Below, piece by piece: positions 46,396 to 55,063 of a stretch of 64,000 nucleotides of DNA. Position 1 is the stretch's first letter; every line of letters starts with the position of its first letter. Source of the stretch: an uncultured Thermococci archaeon. Lineage in GTDB: Archaea; CAYQAE01; CAYVLA01. The stretch spans positions 1 to 64,000 of the forward strand of contig CAZJVP010000101.1 in the NCBI GenBank assembly GCA_964549615.1. Direction: 5' to 3'. A model generated the notes under the pieces. The model did not search any database. It was not told where the DNA came from and saw only the letters and a list, made by a program, of their open reading frames with translations. The position numbers and the translations under genes were made by a program.

Positions 46396-47154
46396 ATGCC
46401 AGCCGTAGTTGGAGTTATACCTGCCAGATACGGATCGACCCGGCTGGAGGGCAAGGTCCTTGCCGAGATCGGCGGAAAGCCGATGATCCAACATGTATGG
46501 GAGAGGGCAGGGAGGGCCAAGCTGATCGATGAGCTCATCATCGCGGTGGACCACGCCCGGGTGTACGAAGCGGCTAAGAGGTTTGGGGCGCATGTCGTGA
46601 TGACCTCTACCTCCCATACCTGCGGGACGGAGAGGGTGGAGGAGGCCGTCAGGAAGCTCGACTGTGAGATCGCCGTTAACATACAGGGCGATGAGCCGTT
46701 CATCCAGCCGGTGACCATAGACGAGGCCGTTCAGCCTCTCATCCAGGATCCGAGCCTTCCCATGGCCACGGTCATGAGGAAGATAACGTCTGAGGAAGAT
46801 CTGCAGGACCCGGGCGTGGTGAAGGTGGTCACCGATCTCAACGGCATGGCATTGTACTTCTCCAGATCCCTCATACCGTACCCGAGGCGGAGGGAGAACC
46901 TTCAGGCATTCGAGCACATCGGTATCTACAGCTTCCGAAAGGACTTCTTATCCAAGTTCGTCAGGATGAAGCCGACGCCCTTGGAACAAACCGAGCTCCT
47001 CGAGATGCTCAGGGTGCTTGAGAACGGCTACCGGATCAAGGTCGTGCTCACGAGTTACGAGGGCGAGACCTTGAGCGTGGATACGCCCCAGGACCTCGAG
47101 AAGGCAAGGGCGCTGTACGAGAGGATGGTCCATGGCGAGCGAAAGCGAGATTAG
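46396..47154 (+). CDS. kdsB: 3-deoxy-manno-octulosonate cytidylyltransferase (CMP-KDO synthetase)-like
   Basis: IPARYGSTRLEGK.L, GTER, NIQGDEP, ALYFSRS.IP, HIGIY, LE..E.LE.LR.LE, VDT..DL. Confidence 0.9.
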   Translation: MPAVVGVIPARYGSTRLEGKVLAEIGGKPMIQHVWERAGRAKLIDELIIAVDHARVYEAAKRFGAHVVMTSTSHTCGTERVEEAVRKLDCEIAVNIQGDEPFIQPVTIDEAVQPLIQDPSLPMATVMRKITSEEDLQDPGVVKVVTDLNGMALYFSRSLIPYPRRRENLQAFEHIGIYSFRKDFLSKFVRMKPTPLEQTELLEMLRVLENGYRIKVVLTSYEGETLSVDTPQDLEKARALYERMVHGERKRD

Positions 47155-48373
47155 GGCGCTGTACGAAGGCCTAGCAGTGGAGACCAGGGAACGTCTGGAC
47201 GCCGTCACGGAGAGGATCTGCCGGGTGAAGGAGGACGGCGGCAAGCTCTGCGTCGTGACGGGGAGCGGCCCGAACCTTCACGAGGGCGTTACCACGCTCA
47301 TCGCGGAGTTGATACGCAAGGGCGTGGTGGATGGCGTTCTCACCAGCTCGGCCGTCGTCGCGCACGAAATGGCCGGCACTTTGGAGAAGGTGTACAGGGT
47401 GGATGGAAAGGAGCTTGGCGTGGATGTCGACCTGCTGCCGGCGGACGGAAGGTTCGAGATATCCCTGTGCGGCGACGAGGTCTTGCGAAGGTTGGAGGGC
47501 GAGATGAAGGTCGACCGCGACCTAATCTCCAGGGCCCTCGCGATCCCTGGGGACACGATCATCAAGGCTGCAGGGAACATGTCGTACCCCCTCGGGCTGA
47601 GAACGGAGCTCATATCGCACGAGATCCGCGATCTCGCCAGATCCCGGGGGCTGAGCTTTGAGGGGGTCGCGGGGCTCGGAGCTGATCCAAGGACGATGAT
47701 CGGGGCCGCAGCCGAGACGGGCATCCCGCTCGTGGTGACGGTGCCTCAGCTAGTCGGCGGGGGGTCGGTGGGGATGGACATAGCCGACTCCACCTCGATG
47801 AGGGACAGAAGCCAGAGGGTTGCGAAGGTCCTGAGCTCATGCGACGTAATCCTGGAGTCGGCCCTTGCCCTGGCACAGGAGGTCCACGACGGCCCGTTCG
47901 AGACCTATACGGGCCACGGGATATGGTCTCGCTGGGTCGGGGATTGGACCTACAGACTCAAGGACAAGTATCTCGTGAGGATCGACCTCGACCCGAACCT
48001 TGAACTGGCGTGGAGAAAGGAGAAGGAGTCGGGGGGCGTCAAGGAGGCCGTGGCCAAGGGCCTGCCGAAGACGAAGATTCTCGGCATACCTTTTAGGATG
48101 GAGATGTCGGGATTCGCCCGCCTCCCGAATAGCGTTCCGATCGTGGGCGACATCGGGCGGATCTGGCCGGTGATCGCGCACGAGGTGACGAGGCGCCTGG
48201 GCATCAAGCTCGACTTCATCTCCCATCCGCAGGAGACGGACTTGGGCAGGGAGATGCGGGAATGGATCGTGAAGGAGGTTCGCATCCTGGATAGGGAGAA
48301 GATGTACGAGGCGCTCGGGCTTTCTTCCCGCTCGGCGCGCCGTCGGATGAAAGTCTCTACCCCGACCGCCTGA
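47132..48373 (+). CDS. Deoxyhypusine-synthase-like NAD-binding fold protein of unknown function
   Basis: TGSGPNLHEGVTTLIAELIRKGVVDGVLTSSAVVAHE and IGAAAETGIPLVV resemble DHS-like proteins. Overlaps kdsB. Confidence 0.55.
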   Translation: MASESEIRALYEGLAVETRERLDAVTERICRVKEDGGKLCVVTGSGPNLHEGVTTLIAELIRKGVVDGVLTSSAVVAHEMAGTLEKVYRVDGKELGVDVDLLPADGRFEISLCGDEVLRRLEGEMKVDRDLISRALAIPGDTIIKAAGNMSYPLGLRTELISHEIRDLARSRGLSFEGVAGLGADPRTMIGAAAETGIPLVVTVPQLVGGGSVGMDIADSTSMRDRSQRVAKVLSSCDVILESALALAQEVHDGPFETYTGHGIWSRWVGDWTYRLKDKYLVRIDLDPNLELAWRKEKESGGVKEAVAKGLPKTKILGIPFRMEMSGFARLPNSVPIVGDIGRIWPVIAHEVTRRLGIKLDFISHPQETDLGREMREWIVKEVRILDREKMYEALGLSSRSARRRMKVSTPTA

Positions 48374-48497
48374 TGGATCGGGTCGCCCTCTTTGTGGAGA
48401 CGGCGAGCAAGGGCGCGAAGCTTTTCGTTGCGTACTTGGGAGATCTGACGGGAAAAATGGGGGCACGCCGTCGCGCGGCGTGCCTTTGATCATCTTC

Positions 48498-49868
48498 TCA
48501 GTTTCTTCTGCACACCAATCTTGCGCATACCAGCAGCAAGGGAGCGATCCAGAGCAGCTCGGGGATGGGAATGACGCACCAGTTCTGCGAGTTGTGCTGC
48601 ATCTGTGGCCAAGGCATCTTGGTGGCGTCGTACTTGCCGCCAAGAGTTACGCAGTAGAAGTCGTCGCCGTCGAACTTGAACAGGATCTCGGTCTTGCCGT
48701 CCTTATCGACATCCGCAAGACAGACCCCGCTCTCGGCCCTGTCGTTCTGGCGTAGCTTGGTCGTGTTGAATATCGCTTGGACGTTGCCTCTGTTGTCTAG
48801 GACATACAGGCAAGGAGCGACCATGACGACGTCCACCTGTCCGTCGCCCGTCACATCCCCAAACACCTGGTAGTTGCCCCAGTGCGCGGGATAGGCGGGT
48901 TTGAACTTCCACTTGGTCTTCCCCGTGAAGCAGTCCACGCAGTAGGCCATGTAGTTGCTCATGAGTACGGTTTCCATGTGTCCGTCGTTGTCGATGTCTC
49001 CCAGCGGGATGTCGAATCTGAACTTCTCGTCTCCGGGCATTGTGTCCGCTGTCCAGTGCCACAGCTCGGTTCCGAAGTAGGAAACGCAGTAGAGCCTCCC
49101 CTCGTCGTTGGGGGCCAGGATCTCGTACTCACCGTCATTGTTCACATCGGCCACGACTGCGGTGTTGCTCTGGAACTTCCCGCCGGTGGGGAACCTCCAC
49201 TTCTCCTGCCCCGTTGCGGCGTTGTAACAGTAGATATTGGTGTCTTGGCACAGGGCGATCAGCTCGACCTGCCCGTCCCGATCGACATCGACCACGGTCG
49301 GGTGGCATTCGAACGATCCCCCCGCCTCGGGAGACTTCCAGAAAAGGCTGCCAGTGTGGGTCAGCGCATAGATGTGTCTATCGTCCTCCGGGAAGAAGAC
49401 CTCCATATATCCGTCGCCGTTTACGTCGTAGGCCTCTGGCGTATCCTCTATGGAGTCCCCGGTGGGGCCGTACTTCCAGATGAGCTGCCCCGTGTTGCTG
49501 ATGCAGTAGACCATCCTGTCCCTCGCCCCGATCAGTATCTCGACCTTGCCGTCCTTGTTGATGTCGGCTATGGTTGGCTTGGCCAGGGACTGTCCGATCG
49601 GGTCTGTGCCAAGGGGCGGATACAGCCACTTGATCGATCCGTCGTCCTTGAAGCAGGCAAGCCTGCCCTCGTTCTTCCTGTAGCAGAACAATATCTCGTT
49701 CCTGCCATCGTTGTCTATGTCGTATACGTTCGGCGAGGAGTGATGGGACTGTACCAAGTTCTGGGCTGTCAGGTCAACCGACCATTTCACCGTAACATCC
49801 AGAGCTGCTGCCATCGCCAGACATGCGAACAGAACTGTTCCCAGCGCTGCGATTGCCAGTTTCCTCAT
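48498..49868 (-). CDS. Secreted FG-GAP/PQQ-like beta-propeller protein with IPE-TM-basic anchor
   Basis: Repeated D[IV][DN].DG..E Ca-binding blades alternating with G...W motifs. C-terminal IPIPELLWIAPLLLVCARLVCRRN. Confidence 0.88.
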   Translation of the reverse strand: MRKLAIAALGTVLFACLAMAAALDVTVKWSVDLTAQNLVQSHHSSPNVYDIDNDGRNEILFCYRKNEGRLACFKDDGSIKWLYPPLGTDPIGQSLAKPTIADINKDGKVEILIGARDRMVYCISNTGQLIWKYGPTGDSIEDTPEAYDVNGDGYMEVFFPEDDRHIYALTHTGSLFWKSPEAGGSFECHPTVVDVDRDGQVELIALCQDTNIYCYNAATGQEKWRFPTGGKFQSNTAVVADVNNDGEYEILAPNDEGRLYCVSYFGTELWHWTADTMPGDEKFRFDIPLGDIDNDGHMETVLMSNYMAYCVDCFTGKTKWKFKPAYPAHWGNYQVFGDVTGDGQVDVVMVAPCLYVLDNRGNVQAIFNTTKLRQNDRAESGVCLADVDKDGKTEILFKFDGDDFYCVTLGGKYDATKMPWPQMQHNSQNWCVIPIPELLWIAPLLLVCARLVCRRN

Positions 49869-49930
49869 TTTACACACCCTTAGCCGCCCTCACGCTGGTA
49901 GCAGCGAGAGAGCAAGCCCGGCGGTAAGGC

Positions 49931-50158
49931 TTAGCTCGGCTGAAATATCTTGCGTCGCCCGTCGCTTTCCCAGGCGCTTCCACGGCAGGCTCCCTCGAGC
50001 ACGTCTGTGCGTGGTGCTGGCCCCGCCCCCATCTTCACAAGAACGAGTGCGCCCCCTTTTCTCGCAAACGAGACGCCGTCATCAATACCTTTCCGGAGAG
50101 CATTGCCACCATATCTTGGGATGACGATCCTCCTCTTCGCATCCACACCCTGGGTCAT
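49931..50158 (-). pseudogene. Degenerate AbrB/MazE/SpoVT-like DNA-binding protein
   Basis: VDAKRRIVIPR...ALRKGIDDGVSF...GGALVLVK resembles the AbrB pattern VD.KGRIVIPK...GD. Confidence 0.35.
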
Positions 50159-50333
50159 TCCCCACACAGCCGTGCGGGAAGGATCATTACCGTCTTGCTA
50201 CCTCCTTTCCGATCCATCATTTCAGGTCGCCTCCCGATTGCATAATGCTTTGCCGGAAGCGGGGCCTTGCCATGAAGGACGCTGCGACACGGATTCAAAG
50301 CCAGGGAAATGGGTGAGGGGCATCCATAGCCGT

Positions 50334-51137
50334 CTAGAGACGGGCGGCCGTCGTCGGCGCGACGAGGTGCTGGTTGTTGGTCTTTTCCAGAATGTCCATC
50401 ACCTCATCGACGTGCCTGAAGTACACCTCTTCCCTAAGATAATTTACGCGCGGCCGCGGAATGTCGATCTTGACCTCGCCCACGATCCTGCCCGGCCTTG
50501 GCGACATGACCACAACTCGGTCTGCCATGTACACGGCCTCCTCAACGTTATGGCTGACCATCAGGAAGCTGTTGGTCGGCAGGTTTGGGTCCCTCCAGAT
50601 CTCCAGAACCAACGCGCGGAGGCTCTTGGCCGTCAGCTCGTCCAGGGAGGAGAAGGGCTCGTCCATGAGGAGCACCTCGGGGTGAAGCGAAAGCGCCCTA
50701 GCGATTCCGACCCTCTGTTTCATCCCGCCGGAGAGGTCATGCGGATAGGTGTTCTCAAAACCCTCCAAACCGACCATCTTGATGTGCGCCTTTGCGCGTT
50801 CCCTCCTAGCTTCCTTTCCCAGCCCAAGGACCTCTAGGGGCAGCTCAACGTTCTCGATCGCGGTCTTCCATGGAAGGAGCCCGAACAGCTGGAAGATTAT
50901 CGTTATCGCGGGGCTCGGCGCCGTGTAGGGCCTGTCGTGGAAAAGTACCTGTCCGGAGTCGGGTTGTTCAAGGCCGGCTATGATCCTGAGCAGCGTCGAC
51001 TTTCCACATCCAGACGGGCCGACGACGCACACGAATTCATCCACATTGAGCGAGAGGCTCACGTCCTCAAGGACCTGGATCGTGCCCTTCTCAAACGGGT
51101 AAGACTTGCTCACATTCCTTACCTCAAGTAAAGCCAT
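50334..51137 (-). CDS. NitT/TauT family ABC transporter ATP-binding protein
   Basis: GPSGCGKST, LSGGMKQRV, LLMDEPFS, SHNVEEA, RPGRI. Confidence 0.95.
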   Translation of the reverse strand: MALLEVRNVSKSYPFEKGTIQVLEDVSLSLNVDEFVCVVGPSGCGKSTLLRIIAGLEQPDSGQVLFHDRPYTAPSPAITIIFQLFGLLPWKTAIENVELPLEVLGLGKEARRERAKAHIKMVGLEGFENTYPHDLSGGMKQRVGIARALSLHPEVLLMDEPFSSLDELTAKSLRALVLEIWRDPNLPTNSFLMVSHNVEEAVYMADRVVVMSPRPGRIVGEVKIDIPRPRVNYLREEVYFRHVDEVMDILEKTNNQHLVAPTTAARL

Positions 51138-51139
51138 CT

Positions 51140-52819
51140 TCAGGCCTCCATCCGGTATCTTTCGAACTTCCTTAGAAGCCTCCTCCAGACCAATCCCTCC
51201 ATCGACAGGACTATGGCCGCCATGATGCCAAGGAGCAGGACGAGGAGCACGGTGTTTCCGTACTCGTACCCGGCCCTGGACAGGTAGGAGCCCAAGCCGG
51301 CCACAGCGAGCGGCTTGCCGTTCTCGGCCGATTCATACGGCATGTACTCGGAGTAGATTATGGTGTTCCAGCCAGTCCCCCAGGAGAGCAGGCTGCCCGT
51401 GACGATTGCCGGCAGGATCGCGGGGATGACGAGGTGGGTAACCTTCCTGAGACCCCTGAGGCCGAAGATGAGCCCGACCTCGTTCAGCTCGCTCGGGATG
51501 TTCTTCACCGCGCTGACGACGTTGAGGAACATATACCATATCATGTCCAAAACGAGGACTGTTATCGCCGTGAGCTCAAGCCCCACGGTCCGGCCGAAGA
51601 TGCCGCTCAGGATCTTGAACATAACAGGGAAAAGGGCAAGTATGGGGACTGCCTGTCCAACATCGTACATCGGGTAGAATATCGCGGCGAACTTCTTGTT
51701 CTCGGCGGCCAGTACTCCCATCGCGAGCGCCAGAACCAGGGAGACCACGTAGGCAATTCCCAGCCGGCCCATGGTCAGCGCAACGTACATGGGAAGCCTG
51801 CCTAGCTCGTCGGCGGGCGGATCGGACAAGCCCTTTCGAATCGTGTCAAGGCTCGGCAGCCTCCTGGACGCCGCGACAATTCCAGAAGCCACGATCGACA
51901 TGACGAGGACGACCGCGATGGCCTTCTCCAGCCTCGAGTATCTCCTTAGCCTTTGGGACGCAGCAGACAGCGAGCGAGGCCAGTGGATCCTATCCCCGAC
52001 GTGCAACCATCTCCTAACCCCGAGGTTCTTCACGATCCCGAGCTGCCCGACGCCTGAGAGATCCAGCCTAACCAGTGGCTTGTACGTGCCCCTAGTTGCC
52101 CGATCCATCAATGTGTGCCAAGTGAAGGAGTTGATGTAGAGGACGAGCGCGGTGATCAGGGCCAGGAGCACAACCGCAAGCGTCAGATCGTTGTAGACGT
52201 AGGAGGCCTTTGCAAGATACATCCCGAGGCCCGGCACGGAGTAGGCTGTGCCCGCATATTGTATGTACTCAGCTGCTATCATGAAGAACCAGCCGTCGCA
52301 CCAGGCTAGGCATGCACCCGCGACCACGGCTGGCGCGATCGCAGGCAGGATCACGTGCCTTACGTAGCTGTAGCCTTTCAGCCCGAAGGTCTTGGACGAT
52401 TCGACCACGTTTGCCGGTATTGCCTTCACGGCCCCGACCACGCCGAAGAAGATGGCCCACGCCATGGAAGTGAAGAGCAGCACGATCGCCGCCAGCTCAA
52501 TCGCCAGCTCGCTGGCCTTGAACATCGATATGAGTAACATGATGACCGCGGGGAAGTATCCAAGGATGGGGATTGATTGGAGGAGGTCTATGAAGGGTAT
52601 GAGGACGAGGGAGGCGATCCTGTTTGTGGAGGCCAGGATCCCGAAAGTTATCCCCCAGACGAGCGAGATAGCCAAGGTCAAGGTTATCCTTAAGAGCGTC
52701 CTGAACGTGTAGTAGGGAAGGGAATCGATCTCCGGGTTCTGGATGAACCTCATCACTAGCCAGTACGCAAGGACTATGCCGACGAATCCGAGCAGGAATC
52801 CCGCAACTCGTCTGTTCAT
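51140..52819 (-). CDS. NitT/TauT family ABC transporter permease (two fused domains)
   Basis: Two repeats of Q.[IV]PIL...P and EAA-like loops; many hydrophobic segments. Confidence 0.92.
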   Translation of the reverse strand: MNRRVAGFLLGFVGIVLAYWLVMRFIQNPEIDSLPYYTFRTLLRITLTLAISLVWGITFGILASTNRIASLVLIPFIDLLQSIPILGYFPAVIMLLISMFKASELAIELAAIVLLFTSMAWAIFFGVVGAVKAIPANVVESSKTFGLKGYSYVRHVILPAIAPAVVAGACLAWCDGWFFMIAAEYIQYAGTAYSVPGLGMYLAKASYVYNDLTLAVVLLALITALVLYINSFTWHTLMDRATRGTYKPLVRLDLSGVGQLGIVKNLGVRRWLHVGDRIHWPRSLSAASQRLRRYSRLEKAIAVVLVMSIVASGIVAASRRLPSLDTIRKGLSDPPADELGRLPMYVALTMGRLGIAYVVSLVLALAMGVLAAENKKFAAIFYPMYDVGQAVPILALFPVMFKILSGIFGRTVGLELTAITVLVLDMIWYMFLNVVSAVKNIPSELNEVGLIFGLRGLRKVTHLVIPAILPAIVTGSLLSWGTGWNTIIYSEYMPYESAENGKPLAVAGLGSYLSRAGYEYGNTVLLVLLLGIMAAIVLSMEGLVWRRLLRKFERYRMEA

Positions 52820-52986
52820 GGATCAAGCGACATAGATGACCATCGCCTATAATGCTTTCCAGGCGAGGGCCTGCGCATCGGTGGCGGATCCCTCCAAGCA
52901 TCGACGGGGCATCTCTGCCGGGCTCACGCCTGCAGAGCCAAACCTAGTGCGCAGGAACGATGCCCGCCATATGCTGCGAGGCCCGG

Positions 52987-53805
52987 TTATCCTCCGGCCC
53001 TGGCAAATCTTCGTGCCACATCCGCGATGGCGAGTCCCTGAACCGTTATCTTTGAGGGGTCTGCCCAACCGAATCCATTCTTCTCCGCAAGGGCGATGTG
53101 TTCGACCTCGCCGTATCGGAAGCCCATGAGCCTGCTGCAGACCGAGTCGACGGCGACAAAATCATCCCCTGCCACAAGTACGTTGGCACCCACGGCTTTG
53201 CCGTAGATCTCATGGCCCTCCATAGCCACGATCCCGTCGACTATGTTCAAGTCCGGCTTCACGATCTTCAGAAGATCGATTATCTTGGTGTTGAAGTCTG
53301 CATGCATGAAGCTTTTCTCGCCCGCGATGCACCCCATCATGTTCTTGGCGCAGAGCGTGACCTTGCTCTCCCCCTGGTGGATCTTCAGCACAGGCATGTT
53401 GAGGATGAGGTCCGAGTCAAGGACCGTCCTCGCTATCTGGAACGCCTCAACCGCCAAAGGCTCGGGGACCTCGACGCGCACGCATTCGTCGTCCCAGAAA
53501 TCCACGATCCTGATCCCCAGCCCATCGGCCATCCTTCGGAACCCCAGATCCTCGAAGGCCGCCGCAACCCTGGTTGCCGAGCTCTCCCCGATCACGACCT
53601 CCCTAGCTCCCGAGTTGATCAGATACCTTGCGGCGTCGAATACCAGTCGGGGATGGGTTGTGACGCCCGTCTCAGCCGGCATGTTGACGGTGAGGTTTGG
53701 CTTGATGAGGACTCTCCTGCCCTTTGCCCGGCGGGAGGTGTTCATGAAGTCGAGGCACCTCTTCACGTCGCCCGGTCCGGGGCGGAGCACCATTACGCTT
53801 GGCAC
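52987..53805 (-). CDS. DUF362 domain protein (putative Fe-S)
   Basis: VLIKPN, TTHP, VIGES, P.LK.H, KNMMG, DG..AMEG, D.VA.D. Confidence 0.88.
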   Translation of the reverse strand: MPSVMVLRPGPGDVKRCLDFMNTSRRAKGRRVLIKPNLTVNMPAETGVTTHPRLVFDAARYLINSGAREVVIGESSATRVAAAFEDLGFRRMADGLGIRIVDFWDDECVRVEVPEPLAVEAFQIARTVLDSDLILNMPVLKIHQGESKVTLCAKNMMGCIAGEKSFMHADFNTKIIDLLKIVKPDLNIVDGIVAMEGHEIYGKAVGANVLVAGDDFVAVDSVCSRLMGFRYGEVEHIALAEKNGFGWADPSKITVQGLAIADVARRFARAGG

Positions 53806-53953
53806 GGATCGGTCGTCGGCCGCCGGCGGAAATAGGTTTCCCTCACAGTGCTTGCGCCTGCTGTGCCTGCCCAAGAGATGGCCAAGCTTGGCGGCCGTGA
53901 GGGTGCACAAGAATGAGGTTACCATTAATAGTCGGTTTGTCTCGCGCCGTTAT

Positions 53954-55063
53954 ATGAGACCCCGTCTATCCGTAGACGTCATCAAGATGCCGGTCCCCGG
54001 GGCGCTGGAGGTGGTGTCGCTCGCCGCTGCTGAGACCGGCGTGATATACGGTGGAGTGACTGGGGCAAAGGGGCACCTCTTCTTCGAGTACGATCCCGAC
54101 ACGGGCCGTGCCAGGGACCTTGGCCACTTGGTCCGGTCGGGAACCCAGATCGTGAGGCGGGATGGCAGGAAGGTGGAGCAGAAGATTCACAAGTCTCTTT
54201 CTGCCCTTCCCGACGGACGCATCGTCGGAGCCACCGGCCAGAACATCGTCGTCATGGATCCCGACTACAGGATGGAGGACGATGAAGGCGGCCACGTTTT
54301 CGTCTACGATCCCGATTCAGGGTCGTGTTCCGATCTTGCCGTCCCCGTGCCGCACGAATGGATCATCAACTGCACGGTCTCCCCCGATCTGAGGTACGCC
54401 TATGGGATGACCTATCCTCTGAATCACATCTTCCAGGTCGACCTGAAGTCCGGGCAGGCAAGGATACTGGGTGAGGTGCATGGCCAGACGACCGCGGACA
54501 GCGCGTGCAGCCATGAATGCATCTGCGATATGGATGGCAATCTCTACGGTTCCTGTTGGCGTGGCCAGATATTCCGCTACGACGTTGGAGAGGACAGGCT
54601 CATCGAGACAGACCTCAGCCTCCCAGGCGGCGACCTGCGCATCGACTCCCTTGCCTTGGAAAGGTCCAGCGGCATGATATACGGAGGAACCTGGGAGGGA
54701 GGACACCTCTTCCGGCTTGATCCAGATGCGATGACGATCGAGACGATCGGGACTCCCCATCCCGGCCCGAGGCTGCCCGCCCTGAAGTTCTCAAGGGAAG
54801 GGATCCTCTTTGGCTCGGCGGGCGGCGGCTTCCAGTACAAGACGAGGTCGGCCTTCCTCTTCAGCTACGACCCCTCATCTGAAGAACTCGCCGAGATCGG
54901 CGATATCGTTGCGCAGGAAAGCGGGATACGTGGGCAACGGATGCACACCATGGCGATCGGCAGGGATGGTAGGATCTACCTGGGAGAGACCGGGATGATG
55001 ACGGGTGAGGCCGGCGAGGTTGGGGTTAACCCGTACGTGTTCGTCTGCCGCCTTGAGGATTGA
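53954..55063 (+). CDS. Cytoplasmic beta-propeller-like hypothetical protein
   Basis: Repeated G.[IL]YG...G.[LVI]F.YDP..G blades. ATTAATA TATA about 25 nt upstream of ATG 53954. Confidence 0.75.
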   Translation: MRPRLSVDVIKMPVPGALEVVSLAAAETGVIYGGVTGAKGHLFFEYDPDTGRARDLGHLVRSGTQIVRRDGRKVEQKIHKSLSALPDGRIVGATGQNIVVMDPDYRMEDDEGGHVFVYDPDSGSCSDLAVPVPHEWIINCTVSPDLRYAYGMTYPLNHIFQVDLKSGQARILGEVHGQTTADSACSHECICDMDGNLYGSCWRGQIFRYDVGEDRLIETDLSLPGGDLRIDSLALERSSGMIYGGTWEGGHLFRLDPDAMTIETIGTPHPGPRLPALKFSREGILFGSAGGGFQYKTRSAFLFSYDPSSEELAEIGDIVAQESGIRGQRMHTMAIGRDGRIYLGETGMMTGEAGEVGVNPYVFVCRLED

